Both the position numbers and the translations under genes were made by a program. The notes under the pieces were generated by a model. That model was not told the DNA's origin and did not search any database. It was given only the letters and a program-made list of their open reading frames with translations. Positions 19,700 through 30,232 of a stretch of DNA of 64,000 nucleotides are shown piece by piece; position 1 is the first letter of the stretch, and every line of letters starts with the position of its first letter. This DNA is from a virus: the IMG/VR virus record IMGVR_UViG_3300032220_000699, positions 1 to 64,000 of that record; one strand, written 5' to 3'.

Positions 19700-19811
19700 A
19701 ATCTGTCCTTTTGGCTTGATCACAAAATTCGTAGTTACATCTTTTTTAATTTAGCTGTTTTGTTAGAAGAATTCTGTGAACCATATTTCTAGGCTAACTG
19801 AAGGAGTTATT

Positions 19812-22601
19812 ATGAGAGTCAACATGGGTAGAGAAGGCCGCACTTCTTCGTCTTTGAGTGCTAACGGCGGCTCGATGCTTGGTGCTTTGATCCTGGCGAA
19901 CGGACCATCGCAACCTTTAGAGGCGGCTACTAAATATTACGTCGATTCGACATTTGCAAGTTTGAATGCAAATAACGTGCTTGATGGTGTTCTTCCTATT
20001 TCTAGTCTTCCTGGATTCACCGGGGACGCTACATCTCCACAAGGATCTAATGTTATTACTTTAACTAATCTTGGTGTCACACCTGGTTCTTATGCTAAGA
20101 TTATTGTTGATGCTAAGGGTCGTGTTACTGGCAATGACATTCTTACTGAATCTGATATCCCGAATATTGGATGGGATAAAGTTCAAAATAAACCTAATAC
20201 TCTTGAAGGTTATGGTATCACAGACGCGTTAAGTGTTACTGGTGGTGTTTTTGGTGGACAAATGTCTGTTGTCCCTCCGACAAATCCATTATCATCTGTA
20301 AGTAAACAGTATGTTGATTCTGCTCTTAGCGGTAACTCAGCTGTTGTAGGTGACATTATTCGTAAACCTTACGCTAGTACTCCGACAGGTTTCTTACGTT
20401 GTAATGGTGGTGTTGTTGATAAAGTAATGTATTCTGATCTTTATTCAGTTATCGGTGATACATTTAGTGTTAATACACTTGCTGGGTCAGGACAGCCATG
20501 GCAACAACAATATCAGATTAACGATTTACAGTCTGGTAATTTAACAAATTGGGTTCAAAATACAAATACACCTTACGCTGTTTTATATCATAAATGTGTT
20601 GTCACTAAACATCGCATCTATCTGATAGGTGGAGGAAACTCATCAACTAGATGGGGTACTATTTATACCGCTCCAATTCAGTCAGATGGTGTTATAGGTG
20701 TTTGGAGTGCTGCTGCTTCATTACCTGGTGAATTTGCTTATTTTCAAGCATTTGTAACTAAAAATAGACTTTATCTGATTGGTGGTGGTGGAAACACTAT
20801 AACCTCATTTGACACGATTTACACAGCTCCCATTGGAAGTGATGGTGCATTAGGCACATGGACAACTAGTGGAAATTTCCCTGTCGCTGTCAATGGTGTT
20901 CAAGTCGTTGTTTTGAAAGATAGAGTTTACGCATTTGGAGGCGGAAATTCCTCTGGTGCACTTAATTCTATTTATAAAGCAAACATAAATACTGATGGTA
21001 CTTTAGGTGCTTGGTCTTTATATGGAAATTTACCCACTAATTTAATTGCTGGTAATGTGGCTGTTACCAAAAATAGAATTTATCTGATCGGTGGAGGTAC
21101 AACTGCTTCTGCTTTTGTTAACACTGTTTATTCAACAACTATTAATTCGGATGGTACATTAGGTACATGGTCTTTATATGGAACAATTCCTTTAAATTTA
21201 ACTGTTGGTTGTATTTATGTTACTAAAAATTGTATTTATCTGTTAGGCGGAGCTTATGCATTAAACACATATACGTCTAATATTTATAAAGCTAATATAA
21301 ATTTAGACGGCACTTTAAGTGGTTGGGAAATGATTGGCAATATGCCTTATACTTTAGGTTATAGCACATGTGTGGCTGTAAAAAATAAATTGCATGTTAT
21401 AGCTGGTTATATTGGTGGTAGTGTTTCTAATGCGATTATGACAGCCACTATTAATAATGTTATACAAGATTATTCTCCTTATTACGGTGTAGATAATGAT
21501 TTAAACTATTTATTGGCTGGTTCAGGTAAACCATGGCAACAGCAGTATCAGATTAACAACACACAAACTAATGATATTACTAATTGGTCAATTTCTACTA
21601 GTTTACCAGTTGCACTGACTGACACATTTACAGTTGTTACTAAGAATCGTGTTTATCTCTTAGGTGGCACTAAAAATGGTAATATCCATAGTGGAATTTA
21701 TAGTGCCACGATTAATAGTGATGGCACATTAGGAACATGGGCTCCAGACGGAAACATACCAGAAGCTAATTTTTATGGTCAATCAATCGTAACTAAGAAC
21801 CGTGTTTATTTATTAGGCGGTGCCTATAATGCGATTGTTAACACAGCTCCTATTAATGCCGATGGTACATTAGGTACTTGGGTTGCATCTGCAAGTTTAC
21901 CTGGTGCTGTTGGTGTGGCGCAAGCCTTTGTTACTAAGAATCGTGTATATCTTTATGGTGGTAATAATGGTGGTGGTATTTTATCGTCAGGATATACTGC
22001 TGTAATTAATAGTGACGGCACCTTAGGCGCTTGGTCATCTGCACCATCTTTGCCTATCGGGTTAAGTCATTCCTCTGTTATTTTGACAAAGAATCGTGTA
22101 TATCTTTGCGGAGGTTATAATGGTTCATATACTAATGCTGTTTACAGTGCTATAGTTTATAGTAATGGTACTATAGGTTCATGGGGTATCGATACTTCTT
22201 TGCCTGGTGTTAAAGCTATGGCTCAGTCTTTTGTAACTAGTGATAGAGTTTATTTATTTGGTGGATTTAATGGTAGTGCTTATACCAATGTTGTTTATAC
22301 CGCACCTATTAATGCCGATGGTACATTAGGTACTTGGACAACAGGGACTTCTATACCAGGTATTATGGCAGAGGCTACTATAGTTGCAACCAAAGATCAT
22401 ATATACATGATAGGTGGTTATAATGGTGGATATATGGATGCTGTCTATATGGCCACTATTTCTGGTGGTTTAAATGACTATTCATCTTACTATGATGGTT
22501 CAATTTCTGCTTTAGAGCCTATCGATCAAACACCATTTTTCGCTTTGCCTGATTTCTCAGCTCGTGAAAAGAATGGCATTAATCTTTATATCAAGTACTA
22601 A
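19812..22601 (+). CDS. Tail fibre/adhesin: split collar domain with 2 six-bladed Kelch-like modules
   Basis: ATG at 19812 after AAGGAG. Fibre repeats, then GFLRCNGG..YSDLYSVIG, 12 Kelch-like blades and C-terminal FALPDF. Paralogue of 1..4365. Confidence 0.85.
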   Translation: MRVNMGREGRTSSSLSANGGSMLGALILANGPSQPLEAATKYYVDSTFASLNANNVLDGVLPISSLPGFTGDATSPQGSNVITLTNLGVTPGSYAKIIVDAKGRVTGNDILTESDIPNIGWDKVQNKPNTLEGYGITDALSVTGGVFGGQMSVVPPTNPLSSVSKQYVDSALSGNSAVVGDIIRKPYASTPTGFLRCNGGVVDKVMYSDLYSVIGDTFSVNTLAGSGQPWQQQYQINDLQSGNLTNWVQNTNTPYAVLYHKCVVTKHRIYLIGGGNSSTRWGTIYTAPIQSDGVIGVWSAAASLPGEFAYFQAFVTKNRLYLIGGGGNTITSFDTIYTAPIGSDGALGTWTTSGNFPVAVNGVQVVVLKDRVYAFGGGNSSGALNSIYKANINTDGTLGAWSLYGNLPTNLIAGNVAVTKNRIYLIGGGTTASAFVNTVYSTTINSDGTLGTWSLYGTIPLNLTVGCIYVTKNCIYLLGGAYALNTYTSNIYKANINLDGTLSGWEMIGNMPYTLGYSTCVAVKNKLHVIAGYIGGSVSNAIMTATINNVIQDYSPYYGVDNDLNYLLAGSGKPWQQQYQINNTQTNDITNWSISTSLPVALTDTFTVVTKNRVYLLGGTKNGNIHSGIYSATINSDGTLGTWAPDGNIPEANFYGQSIVTKNRVYLLGGAYNAIVNTAPINADGTLGTWVASASLPGAVGVAQAFVTKNRVYLYGGNNGGGILSSGYTAVINSDGTLGAWSSAPSLPIGLSHSSVILTKNRVYLCGGYNGSYTNAVYSAIVYSNGTIGSWGIDTSLPGVKAMAQSFVTSDRVYLFGGFNGSAYTNVVYTAPINADGTLGTWTTGTSIPGIMAEATIVATKDHIYMIGGYNGGYMDAVYMATISGGLNDYSSYYDGSISALEPIDQTPFFALPDFSAREKNGINLYIKY

Positions 22602-22610
22602 ATCATAATA

Positions 22611-22640
22611 ACTTAGAGAGAGGTTCGCCTCTCTCTAGGT
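22611..22640 (+). terminator. Intrinsic terminator
   Basis: Long stem with TTCG tetraloop, followed by a T-tract. Confidence 0.8.
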
Positions 22641-22693
22641 ATATTTTTTTAAATATGCTCAGAATGATATGACATAATTCCCAAGGAATCAGC

Positions 22694-24838
22694 ATGATTC
22701 TGTTTAAAGACGACTGGCAAAAGTATCCAAATGCTATTATTCATTATGAAACAAAAAATCTAACTTTTCTAAGGTTAGCTGAAATTTATTATAAGATGGG
22801 TGTGAAGAATAATGCTTTCCATTTATCTTTGTTAGATCCTAGTTTAAAAGATATAGATCCTCATAACCCTGATCTTCCTATTCAAATTAAAAGCAGAATT
22901 GTTCAAGAATGTAAATTGAACCCATGGTACGTCTTTAGAGAGGTTTTACGTATTCCGATACCTGGTAGCCTTGTACCAACTAAATTTCGAGCTGATAGAG
23001 CGAATATAGCCCTTTACTGGTTATTCTTTAACCATGTCATGACTCTCATTGTTATTCTACGTCAGACTGGTAAGACAACATCACTCATGGGTCTTGTTAC
23101 AGGTATTCTAAACTTCTGGTCGTCGAATACATTTATTAACCTTCTAACTAAATCAGAAGGTCTTAAAGCTGAAACTTTGGCTAAGGTTAAAGCTTTATTT
23201 GAAGAGTTACCTGACTATCTTAATTTCTCAGATAAAAAAGATATCTTTAACAGCGACGAAGTTCGTATGCGAGACTTCGATAATGTATTTAAAGGTAACT
23301 TATCTTCTTCTTCTCCTAAGCAAGCCGAAAAGGTAGGTCGGGGTTTTACCTCTCCTATTAATATTATCGACGAAGCAGCCTTTATCGAAAACATTGCTAT
23401 CGCTATGGGCGCTATGCTCATGTCGGGTAACGCTGCCCGTGAGTTCGCACGTGAATTAAAGAAGATGTTTGGAACAATTCTCGCTACAACGGCTGGTAAT
23501 ATTGATGACCGTGATGGTAGCTATGTTTACAATCTTGCTATGAATGGCACATTCTGGGATGAACATCTCTTCGATTGTAAAGATGAAAAAGATCTGAATG
23601 AAACTATTCTTAAGAATTCTAATGCTTCTAAGATTCAAGCCAAAAGACCTATCGTTAATATTACAATGAGTTATCGTCAATTAGGTTATGATGATGAATG
23701 GCTTGCTCGTAGACTTGCAGAAAACATTTCGACACCTGAGAACATCGGTCGAGACATTTTCAACCAGTGGCTATCTGGTTCTAATCTTTCTCCTATACCT
23801 AAACAGTATCTGGATCTAATTAAAGAAAATATCATCGAGCAGCCTCGTGTTGAGTTTTATGCTCCTTATAACTATTTGTTAAGATGGTATGTAACTGAAG
23901 AGGATATGAATGTTCGTATTGCCAATGGTAATAGTTTTACAGTTGGTATTGATACTTCAGATGCTGTTGGTCGAGATGATATTGCTTTTGTAATGAGAGA
24001 TCATACCAGTGGGCAAGTTCTCTGTACTGCTGTCTTTAATGATCTTAACTTGATTACTCTTGCAGACTTTTTTGTATCCTTCTTGATGAAGTATGAAAAA
24101 GCTGTTATGATTATTGAACGTCGTAGTAGCGCTGCGACTATTATTGATTACATTATTCAGAAACTCTTATTAAATGAAATTAATCCCTTCACTCGACTCT
24201 ATAATACAATCTTTCAAGAACGTGAAAGATATGAGAAAGAGTTTGAAGAAATTACTAAGGCTAAGTACTATAACGATGAGATCTTCATTAAGTATAAGAA
24301 GCATATTGGTTTTGTTACTTCTGGATCTGGTGTAACATCTCGAGCTGAACTATATAGCTCAACACTCATTAGCATGCTCAAATACACAGGTAACTGTATA
24401 TATGACCAGAAAATGATCGGTCAAATTTCTGCATTGATTATTAAGAACAATCGTATCGATCACCCTGAGGGTGGTAATGACGATATGGTTATTTCTGGAT
24501 TGTTGTCTTATTGGCTTCTCACACATGGTAAGAATCTTAATCTTTATGGTATAGATACTACTTCTTTGTTGAAGCATAACAAGGTTTACTTGGCTGAAAA
24601 ATATGCTGTTGTAGAAGACGACTACACTGATCAAGAAGTTATGGAGCTTGAACATGAGTTCAATGAACTCATTGATCAATACAAAAAAGAAAGCAATGAC
24701 ATTATAGCTAGACAAATTGAAATACGTATTAAGAAACTGGCTTCAGAACTTAAGGTACTGAACCATGTGATCTCTGTTGAAGATCTTCTTGAGAGTATTA
24801 GTAGAGAACGTAAGCTTAAAGCAAGACGACTTGTGTAA
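22694..24838 (+). CDS. terL: Terminase large subunit
   Basis: Walker A RQTGKTT, Walker B IIDEAAF, nuclease domain GIDTS..DD..IERRSS..DDMVI; size typical of phiKZ-like TerL. Confidence 0.93.
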   Translation: MILFKDDWQKYPNAIIHYETKNLTFLRLAEIYYKMGVKNNAFHLSLLDPSLKDIDPHNPDLPIQIKSRIVQECKLNPWYVFREVLRIPIPGSLVPTKFRADRANIALYWLFFNHVMTLIVILRQTGKTTSLMGLVTGILNFWSSNTFINLLTKSEGLKAETLAKVKALFEELPDYLNFSDKKDIFNSDEVRMRDFDNVFKGNLSSSSPKQAEKVGRGFTSPINIIDEAAFIENIAIAMGAMLMSGNAAREFARELKKMFGTILATTAGNIDDRDGSYVYNLAMNGTFWDEHLFDCKDEKDLNETILKNSNASKIQAKRPIVNITMSYRQLGYDDEWLARRLAENISTPENIGRDIFNQWLSGSNLSPIPKQYLDLIKENIIEQPRVEFYAPYNYLLRWYVTEEDMNVRIANGNSFTVGIDTSDAVGRDDIAFVMRDHTSGQVLCTAVFNDLNLITLADFFVSFLMKYEKAVMIIERRSSAATIIDYIIQKLLLNEINPFTRLYNTIFQERERYEKEFEEITKAKYYNDEIFIKYKKHIGFVTSGSGVTSRAELYSSTLISMLKYTGNCIYDQKMIGQISALIIKNNRIDHPEGGNDDMVISGLLSYWLLTHGKNLNLYGIDTTSLLKHNKVYLAEKYAVVEDDYTDQEVMELEHEFNELIDQYKKESNDIIARQIEIRIKKLASELKVLNHVISVEDLLESISRERKLKARRLV

Positions 24839-24840
24839 AA

Positions 24841-24870
24841 GATACAGGAGAGGTTTCCCTCTCCTGTATC
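24841..24870. terminator. Terminator between convergent genes
   Basis: 13-bp perfect stem GATACAGGAGAGG/CCTCTCCTGTATC. Confidence 0.8.
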
Positions 24871-24877
24871 TCTATGT

Positions 24878-25297
24878 TTACTCAATTGTAGATGAAGTAG
24901 TTCTTGGATTACTTTTGATAAAAGTAAATATAGTATCGATATAAAGATCTAACAATACTTCTGAAAGAATTTCATAATTAATTTTAAATAGCACAAGTTT
25001 AATAACAATGATAACTTTGTCATTTAAGTCCTCACGATTAAGTTTAATATCGTCAGGAACTTTTAACTCAATTAAGAAACTATTTAGAAGCAGGACATTA
25101 TCTAACTTACGCTTCCTTTTGCGTCTATCTTCTTTAAAGATAAACCTAATTGGACCTAAGTTACTAATAAGTTCATATTCGCAAAATGTTTTAAGTTTGT
25201 CGTAAGTAACAAAGTTATTACGATCGATAACTATAACTTTAAAGATAAATAACCGATAGAAATATTTAAGAATATTTTTTATTAAGGATGCGAACAT
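24878..25297 (-). CDS. Hypothetical protein
   Basis: 139 aa, very AT-rich, starts 2 nt after the stop of the upstream gene. Confidence 0.55.
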   Translation of the reverse strand: MFASLIKNILKYFYRLFIFKVIVIDRNNFVTYDKLKTFCEYELISNLGPIRFIFKEDRRKRKRKLDNVLLLNSFLIELKVPDDIKLNREDLNDKVIIVIKLVLFKINYEILSEVLLDLYIDTIFTFIKSNPRTTSSTIE

Positions 25298-25299
25298 AG

Positions 25300-26952
25300 T
25301 TATCTCACAGTCAAGGATGCCACACTTAATTTAAGATAACCAGATACGGTCTCCTTGAGGAAGATAATGTCTACGTTGCTATAAAGACCAACACCTGTGT
25401 TGAAAGTAAAGATATCGTCGAACTGAGAGATCGGTACGATAATACCTTCATTCAGGTATTTAACTTCAATGTGCGTAGGTTCAGGTGCCTCAAGTTCCGT
25501 CATAGGGTTGTATAACGGAATAGTCTGTCTGTAAAGTTTAGTGATAAACTCTTCAACAGTTTCGATATCGTAACTGATACTAACTTTGGTATTTACAAGA
25601 GCATCTCTTGTTGCTCTTAAATTTGTACCATAGACAGGGGTAGTTGAAGGAACTTGTGTTCCTACTTCCCAGATATTTGTATTACTTGCTTCATTAGCAG
25701 GACCACGAAGAATAATATCAACAGTCTGAACATGCAGATAGTTGTTATAGATACCAGAGACATTAGACAGATTGACACTAAAGATCAAACGCTGTGTAAC
25801 GCCGTAAGCTGTAGGATTAAATGTCGGAGAATTAGTAGCAAGACTAACTAATGTAGTAACGTCAAACAAGACATTACGATCCAAATTCATCATATAAACT
25901 TTATAGTTATAACCGTTTACAGCGCTAACCCAAATAGGGAAAACAAACAGTTTAACATTATAACTGGTATTAGGATTACTAACCTTCAGTGTGTAAGGAC
26001 GAGTGATGTAGAAGTTATCGCTTTCAACACTAGCAAGAGCAGCTTCATCTTCATTCATACGGTAGCTAAGGACCAATGGAACCTTATGACCAATAATTGT
26101 ACTAACGAACTGATCAAGACCATAAAGTCTAAACTTATCACCATCAACTGGATATTCAATCTGACTACCATCGTTATACTGAACAACACCAATTGGGTTG
26201 AACGAAGCTAATGGAAGGTTAACAGGATAGTTAATATCTTCAGGTTGTGAAGTATTAATAAACGCACTCTTCATAAAGATCTGCGTGATGTATTTTTGTT
26301 CAGAATAAGCCTGAGCAACAAATGTTGTTTCTTCAATAATGCAACTAACTTTCGTAAGAACCTTACCAGCTGCATCAAAAACAACAACTGTACAAAGTTC
26401 ACCATCGGCTAAGTCTGCATTTGTGTTACAAGCAGGAATGCTCTTGATGGCATAGTTGTCATGAGTATTCATAGCTACAATTTGTAGCGGAATATCATGT
26501 CCAATAAAGTTACCACCATTGTCAAAGCGTCTGGAAATAATCTTTGTGTCGTCAATGAAAGCACCCTTATAAATTCTAGCAACCGTAGCAGTACTAGAAT
26601 AAACACGCATGAAACCATCGACATTCAATGTAAACGGAGAGATAGACTTATCGTAATAAATACGATAGTTATCATTCGTCGAAGAAATAATCTCATCAGT
26701 CGAAGCTGTCTGAGAAATATTGATAGGTGAAAGCTCAGGAATAAAGGTAATGTTATTCAAATCAGAAACACGGTAGGTAACACCAGTTTCTGGTTCAATA
26801 ACGTAATCATTTACCTTTGGAATATATTTGTTCTGACCTGCATTGCCCATGTAGATCTCGTGGATACTCCACATATTCCACCTTGCGTCAGGTGAATAAA
26901 TAGGAGCAAACCCATCTGATCCGACAATGCCAGTAGCGTTATTATCAGGCAT
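25300..26952 (-). CDS. Conserved virion structural protein (phiKZ gp26-like)
   Basis: 550 aa, convergent with terL as in phiKZ-like synteny; AAGGAG RBS and the putative late motif upstream. Confidence 0.65.
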   Translation of the reverse strand: MPDNNATGIVGSDGFAPIYSPDARWNMWSIHEIYMGNAGQNKYIPKVNDYVIEPETGVTYRVSDLNNITFIPELSPINISQTASTDEIISSTNDNYRIYYDKSISPFTLNVDGFMRVYSSTATVARIYKGAFIDDTKIISRRFDNGGNFIGHDIPLQIVAMNTHDNYAIKSIPACNTNADLADGELCTVVVFDAAGKVLTKVSCIIEETTFVAQAYSEQKYITQIFMKSAFINTSQPEDINYPVNLPLASFNPIGVVQYNDGSQIEYPVDGDKFRLYGLDQFVSTIIGHKVPLVLSYRMNEDEAALASVESDNFYITRPYTLKVSNPNTSYNVKLFVFPIWVSAVNGYNYKVYMMNLDRNVLFDVTTLVSLATNSPTFNPTAYGVTQRLIFSVNLSNVSGIYNNYLHVQTVDIILRGPANEASNTNIWEVGTQVPSTTPVYGTNLRATRDALVNTKVSISYDIETVEEFITKLYRQTIPLYNPMTELEAPEPTHIEVKYLNEGIIVPISQFDDIFTFNTGVGLYSNVDIIFLKETVSGYLKLSVASLTVR

Positions 26953-27016
26953 TTAGAACTCCTTAAAAAAACCAATCTCTAAAATTCAAAAAATTACCTT
27001 TCTCAACAGACAAAAT

Positions 27017-27048
27017 AGATAAGACGCAGATTTCTCTGCGTCTTATCT
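27017..27048 (-). terminator. Intrinsic terminator
   Basis: 14-bp perfect stem with GAAA loop on the minus strand. Confidence 0.8.
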
Positions 27049-27050
27049 TA

Positions 27051-27605
27051 TTAAATTTCAAACATATCGTCTTCAGGATTACTACCAGAAGTCTGACCAA
27101 GTTGTTGTGTCGGTTGAATGACATTGTATCTAGTCAGAATCTGATACCACTTTTGATTAACTTCATCAAAGCTTAAGTTATGGAGTAACTCCTGGTTCTT
27201 ACTATTCAAAGCTTCCAACAAGAAACCTAATCCACGAGAGGGTGTGTTGTTGTTAATCTGATCATAACGACCAAATATATCACCAAGATCACCGGCTTGT
27301 TTATGGAGATAAAGATTATTGGAATTTAATAGACTTGGGACAGTGAATAAAAATTCACGAGTCGTGTCGCTAAAAACACCTACTTCTGACATAGGAGTAC
27401 CTGCAATAGAAATCCATTCCATTACCCAATTGGGATTGGTAGGATTACCCATAAAGCAAGGTAAGAAATAATTAACAAATAATGACTCAGGAATAGAGTT
27501 CAAAGGACCTGCATTAAGTAAGCCGTCAAAGACAACTGTTCTAGACTTATCAATCTCAGCCATCAACATGTCTCTAACAGCATTTGCTTGGTTTTCAATA
27601 GACAT
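27051..27605 (-). CDS. Hypothetical protein (probably conserved in phiKZ-like phages)
   Basis: 184 aa with a GGAG RBS. Confidence 0.7.
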   Translation of the reverse strand: MSIENQANAVRDMLMAEIDKSRTVVFDGLLNAGPLNSIPESLFVNYFLPCFMGNPTNPNWVMEWISIAGTPMSEVGVFSDTTREFLFTVPSLLNSNNLYLHKQAGDLGDIFGRYDQINNNTPSRGLGFLLEALNSKNQELLHNLSFDEVNQKWYQILTRYNVIQPTQQLGQTSGSNPEDDMFEI

Positions 27606-27659
27606 ATTGGTCTCCGTGAATTGCCGTTACGATCATATTATCTTTGATCATAGTGAAAA

Positions 27660-28091
27660 TTAAATAGAGGTAAGATAATTTACGGCATCGCCGTAATTAT
27701 TCATTTCAATAATGTTACGAATACCAGCAGAATTAGCTTCTGTGATACGTGTTAATTCGTGCTTGATGTTATCTTTATCAATAACAGAAGCATAGATCAA
27801 AATAGCAAACTGTTTTGTTGACAATTCTTTAACTTCGGTGACAACGTCAGTTGATATAAAATAACGTCCAAGCAAACGTTCTAGATCAGACTTAATGCCT
27901 GACGCCATACCATCTGGATCATTAATATACTTATAATAAGTTTCCGGAAGATTAATTACATTCCCTTTATAGGCAATAGACTGCATTGCGTCAGAGAGAA
28001 TGTAATGTGCAATTGCATATGTCAGGGTGTCTTTACTAGAAGTAATCCACCCTTCTTCAGTTAAGCTCGGAATAATCCCAGTCGTGGCCAT
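27660..28091 (-). CDS. Conserved hypothetical or virion protein
   Basis: 143 aa, AAGGAAG RBS; the IPSLTEEGW..Y.LSD..QS motif is recalled from phiKZ-like structural proteins. Confidence 0.65.
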   Translation of the reverse strand: MATTGIIPSLTEEGWITSSKDTLTYAIAHYILSDAMQSIAYKGNVINLPETYYKYINDPDGMASGIKSDLERLLGRYFISTDVVTEVKELSTKQFAILIYASVIDKDNIKHELTRITEANSAGIRNIIEMNNYGDAVNYLTSI

Positions 28092-29152
28092 TTAATCTTC
28101 CTTAATAACTTTGTTAAGAACCCAAAATCAGGTTCAGCTGTAACCAGAATATATTTATTCTTAATGATATCATTCAGTTCTTTAAAAGGAATACTAAAGC
28201 CGGATGCTTGTGCGTGTCCACCACCGCCATACATTAGACTAAGTGGTGATGAATCCAAACCTTTCTTAGAACGAAGACTACAACCAACAACACACTTGTT
28301 ATCAATATTGTAAGCAATAGCTACATCATAACCTTTTTCAACGATCAAATGACTACAAAGATCAGAAGCAATATCAAGGTAAGAGTTAACCAAGACACCT
28401 TTGTAATCTCGACCAGCAATCTTTACACAAATTTCAATTTCATTGGCTTTGGCAATTTTAGCATTACGTTCAGCTAAAACCTTTTCATATTTACCACCTT
28501 CAACAATGATATTGTTCTTGAAAGAATTCAAGAGTGTTTCAATCATGTTAAATGTACTAAGATCTTGTAACTTCAGACCATAGTAGAACTTACGAGAATT
28601 CTCTAGTTTAAATGTCCAGAGATCACGATCACTGATAAGTTCAATGTAGTCAGGAACTTCGTTATATCCACCGTGGAAATACATCCATGATAGCTTAGCA
28701 CCACTTTCAGCGTGAGAGAAAACAATCTGACAATTATCAGAAGGACGGATAAACAGCCAGCCAAATCCACCTTCTTTTACTTCATAACGTTCAGTATATT
28801 CATCGATAGCTGTTTTATGATGATCAAGAACAAGAATAGATTTAAACACACTAATGTATTCTTGTAGATGTCGAACAGGAAAAGAATAGTCTACGACATA
28901 AAGTTCCATCTCAGACATATCTTCAAGAGAAACTTTATTATCTTTGAACTGATAATTGACAGGGTTAAGTGTCGATGGATTTTTAATATAACCATTAAAG
29001 ATATAGTCCAATGCTTCCATTGGTTTCATATCCTGAATAGGTTTGTAATTTACTTCGATAAAGATGGTATCTTTGGAACCAAACTTTTTCCAGAAGCTAA
29101 AAGCGGAGAACAATCCATCGTGACAGTTCTTGTGAAAGAGAACGACTTTCAT
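28061..29152 (-). CDS. DHH/DHHA1-family phosphoesterase (copy 1)
   Basis: HKNCHDG, VVDYS, LDHH, SDRDLW, SLRS and GGGH motifs; ATG at 29152 with AAGGA. Confidence 0.88.
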   Translation of the reverse strand: MKVVLFHKNCHDGLFSAFSFWKKFGSKDTIFIEVNYKPIQDMKPMEALDYIFNGYIKNPSTLNPVNYQFKDNKVSLEDMSEMELYVVDYSFPVRHLQEYISVFKSILVLDHHKTAIDEYTERYEVKEGGFGWLFIRPSDNCQIVFSHAESGAKLSWMYFHGGYNEVPDYIELISDRDLWTFKLENSRKFYYGLKLQDLSTFNMIETLLNSFKNNIIVEGGKYEKVLAERNAKIAKANEIEICVKIAGRDYKGVLVNSYLDIASDLCSHLIVEKGYDVAIAYNIDNKCVVGCSLRSKKGLDSSPLSLMYGGGGHAQASGFSIPFKELNDIIKNKYILVTAEPDFGFLTKLLRKIKWPRLGLFRA

Positions 29153-29180
29153 TTTATAATCCTTATGCAAAACAATGGTA

Positions 29181-30143
29181 TCATTCAATTATAAGAAAAT
29201 TATTATTTAAAATATCAAAAAGATCTTTTAAATCAATACCAAACCCACCTGAAGTTTTATGCCCGCCACCTTTAAATTTCTCTGAGATAATAAGAGAATT
29301 AAATTTATGAGTTGATCTAATACTACAGTGAGCTACTTGATTATTTTTGATATTATACAATAAACAAAAATCATGTTCTTTTATACAGAATAAAATATAG
29401 TTAGCTACATCAGATGCATTACTAAGATCTGTATTTACAATAGCACCTTTATGATAATCATTACCATGTTTAAGTTCAATTGTTACCAAATTAGAAGCTA
29501 TTTCTTTTACAACACTTAGTCTATTTCTTTCAACAAGTTCACCTAAAGCAATTATATCTTTAAAATCTGTTTCTACTAAATAATCGATACAAGTAAATTC
29601 ATAAGGCTTGTACAATGTTATACCGTGATAAAATTTATTAGTATCCTGAAAATAGTTTTTACCTAAATCCCGATCACTAACTAATTCAATATACCAGGGA
29701 ACATCACTATCTGTATAAAAATGTTTATAAACTAGTTTAGCTGAACTTTCTTCTGTGGAGAAAAAAACTTCTAAATTTTCTGCTGGTTTAAAATAAAACC
29801 ATCCTTTATCGTTTACAATGTAAGAATAATCTTGTCTTAGTTCTTCAAAGGACGTTTGGTGATGATCAAGTATAATTATAGATTTAAAAAGATCTTTATA
29901 AACAGATAGAAAATTCGGAGGGAAACAGAAATCAAACACATAGAGTGTTGCTTCTTTACAATCATTTATACTTATTTGTTTTTGTTTAAGAATATAACCT
30001 AATGCTTCGATAGGATCAAGATCAAGCACAGGTCTGTGACTAACAGAAATAAATTTAGCATCACAATCTTTAAACTTTTTCCAAGCTAAATACGCGCTAA
30101 AGAAACCGTCTTGACAATGATCGTGATACAGGACAATTTTCAT
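29181..30143 (-). CDS. DHH/DHHA1-family phosphoesterase (copy 2)
   Basis: HDHCQDG, VFDFC, LDHH, SDRDL, SIRS and GGGH motifs; ATG at 30143 with AAAGGAG. Confidence 0.85.
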   Translation of the reverse strand: MKIVLYHDHCQDGFFSAYLAWKKFKDCDAKFISVSHRPVLDLDPIEALGYILKQKQISINDCKEATLYVFDFCFPPNFLSVYKDLFKSIIILDHHQTSFEELRQDYSYIVNDKGWFYFKPAENLEVFFSTEESSAKLVYKHFYTDSDVPWYIELVSDRDLGKNYFQDTNKFYHGITLYKPYEFTCIDYLVETDFKDIIALGELVERNRLSVVKEIASNLVTIELKHGNDYHKGAIVNTDLSNASDVANYILFCIKEHDFCLLYNIKNNQVAHCSIRSTHKFNSLIISEKFKGGGHKTSGGFGIDLKDLFDILNNNFLIIE

Positions 30144-30198
30144 AAACATCTCCTTTAAATAGGTCACCCTATTAAAAATTGCACTAAAAGAAAAAAAA

Positions 30199-30224
30199 AA
30201 GAAGAGACCCTGAGGTCTCTTCTT
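30199..30224 (-). terminator. Intrinsic terminator
   Basis: 11-bp perfect stem with a long U-tract on the minus strand. Confidence 0.8.
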
Positions 30225-30232
30225 CTTGTTGT

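Noticed and set aside
19776-19811. Longer N-termini given by the ORF track for several genes (19776, 19723, 39126, 47604, 54075, 29188, 30167)
   Set aside because: Downstream ATGs with well-spaced Shine-Dalgarno sequences are the more plausible starts.
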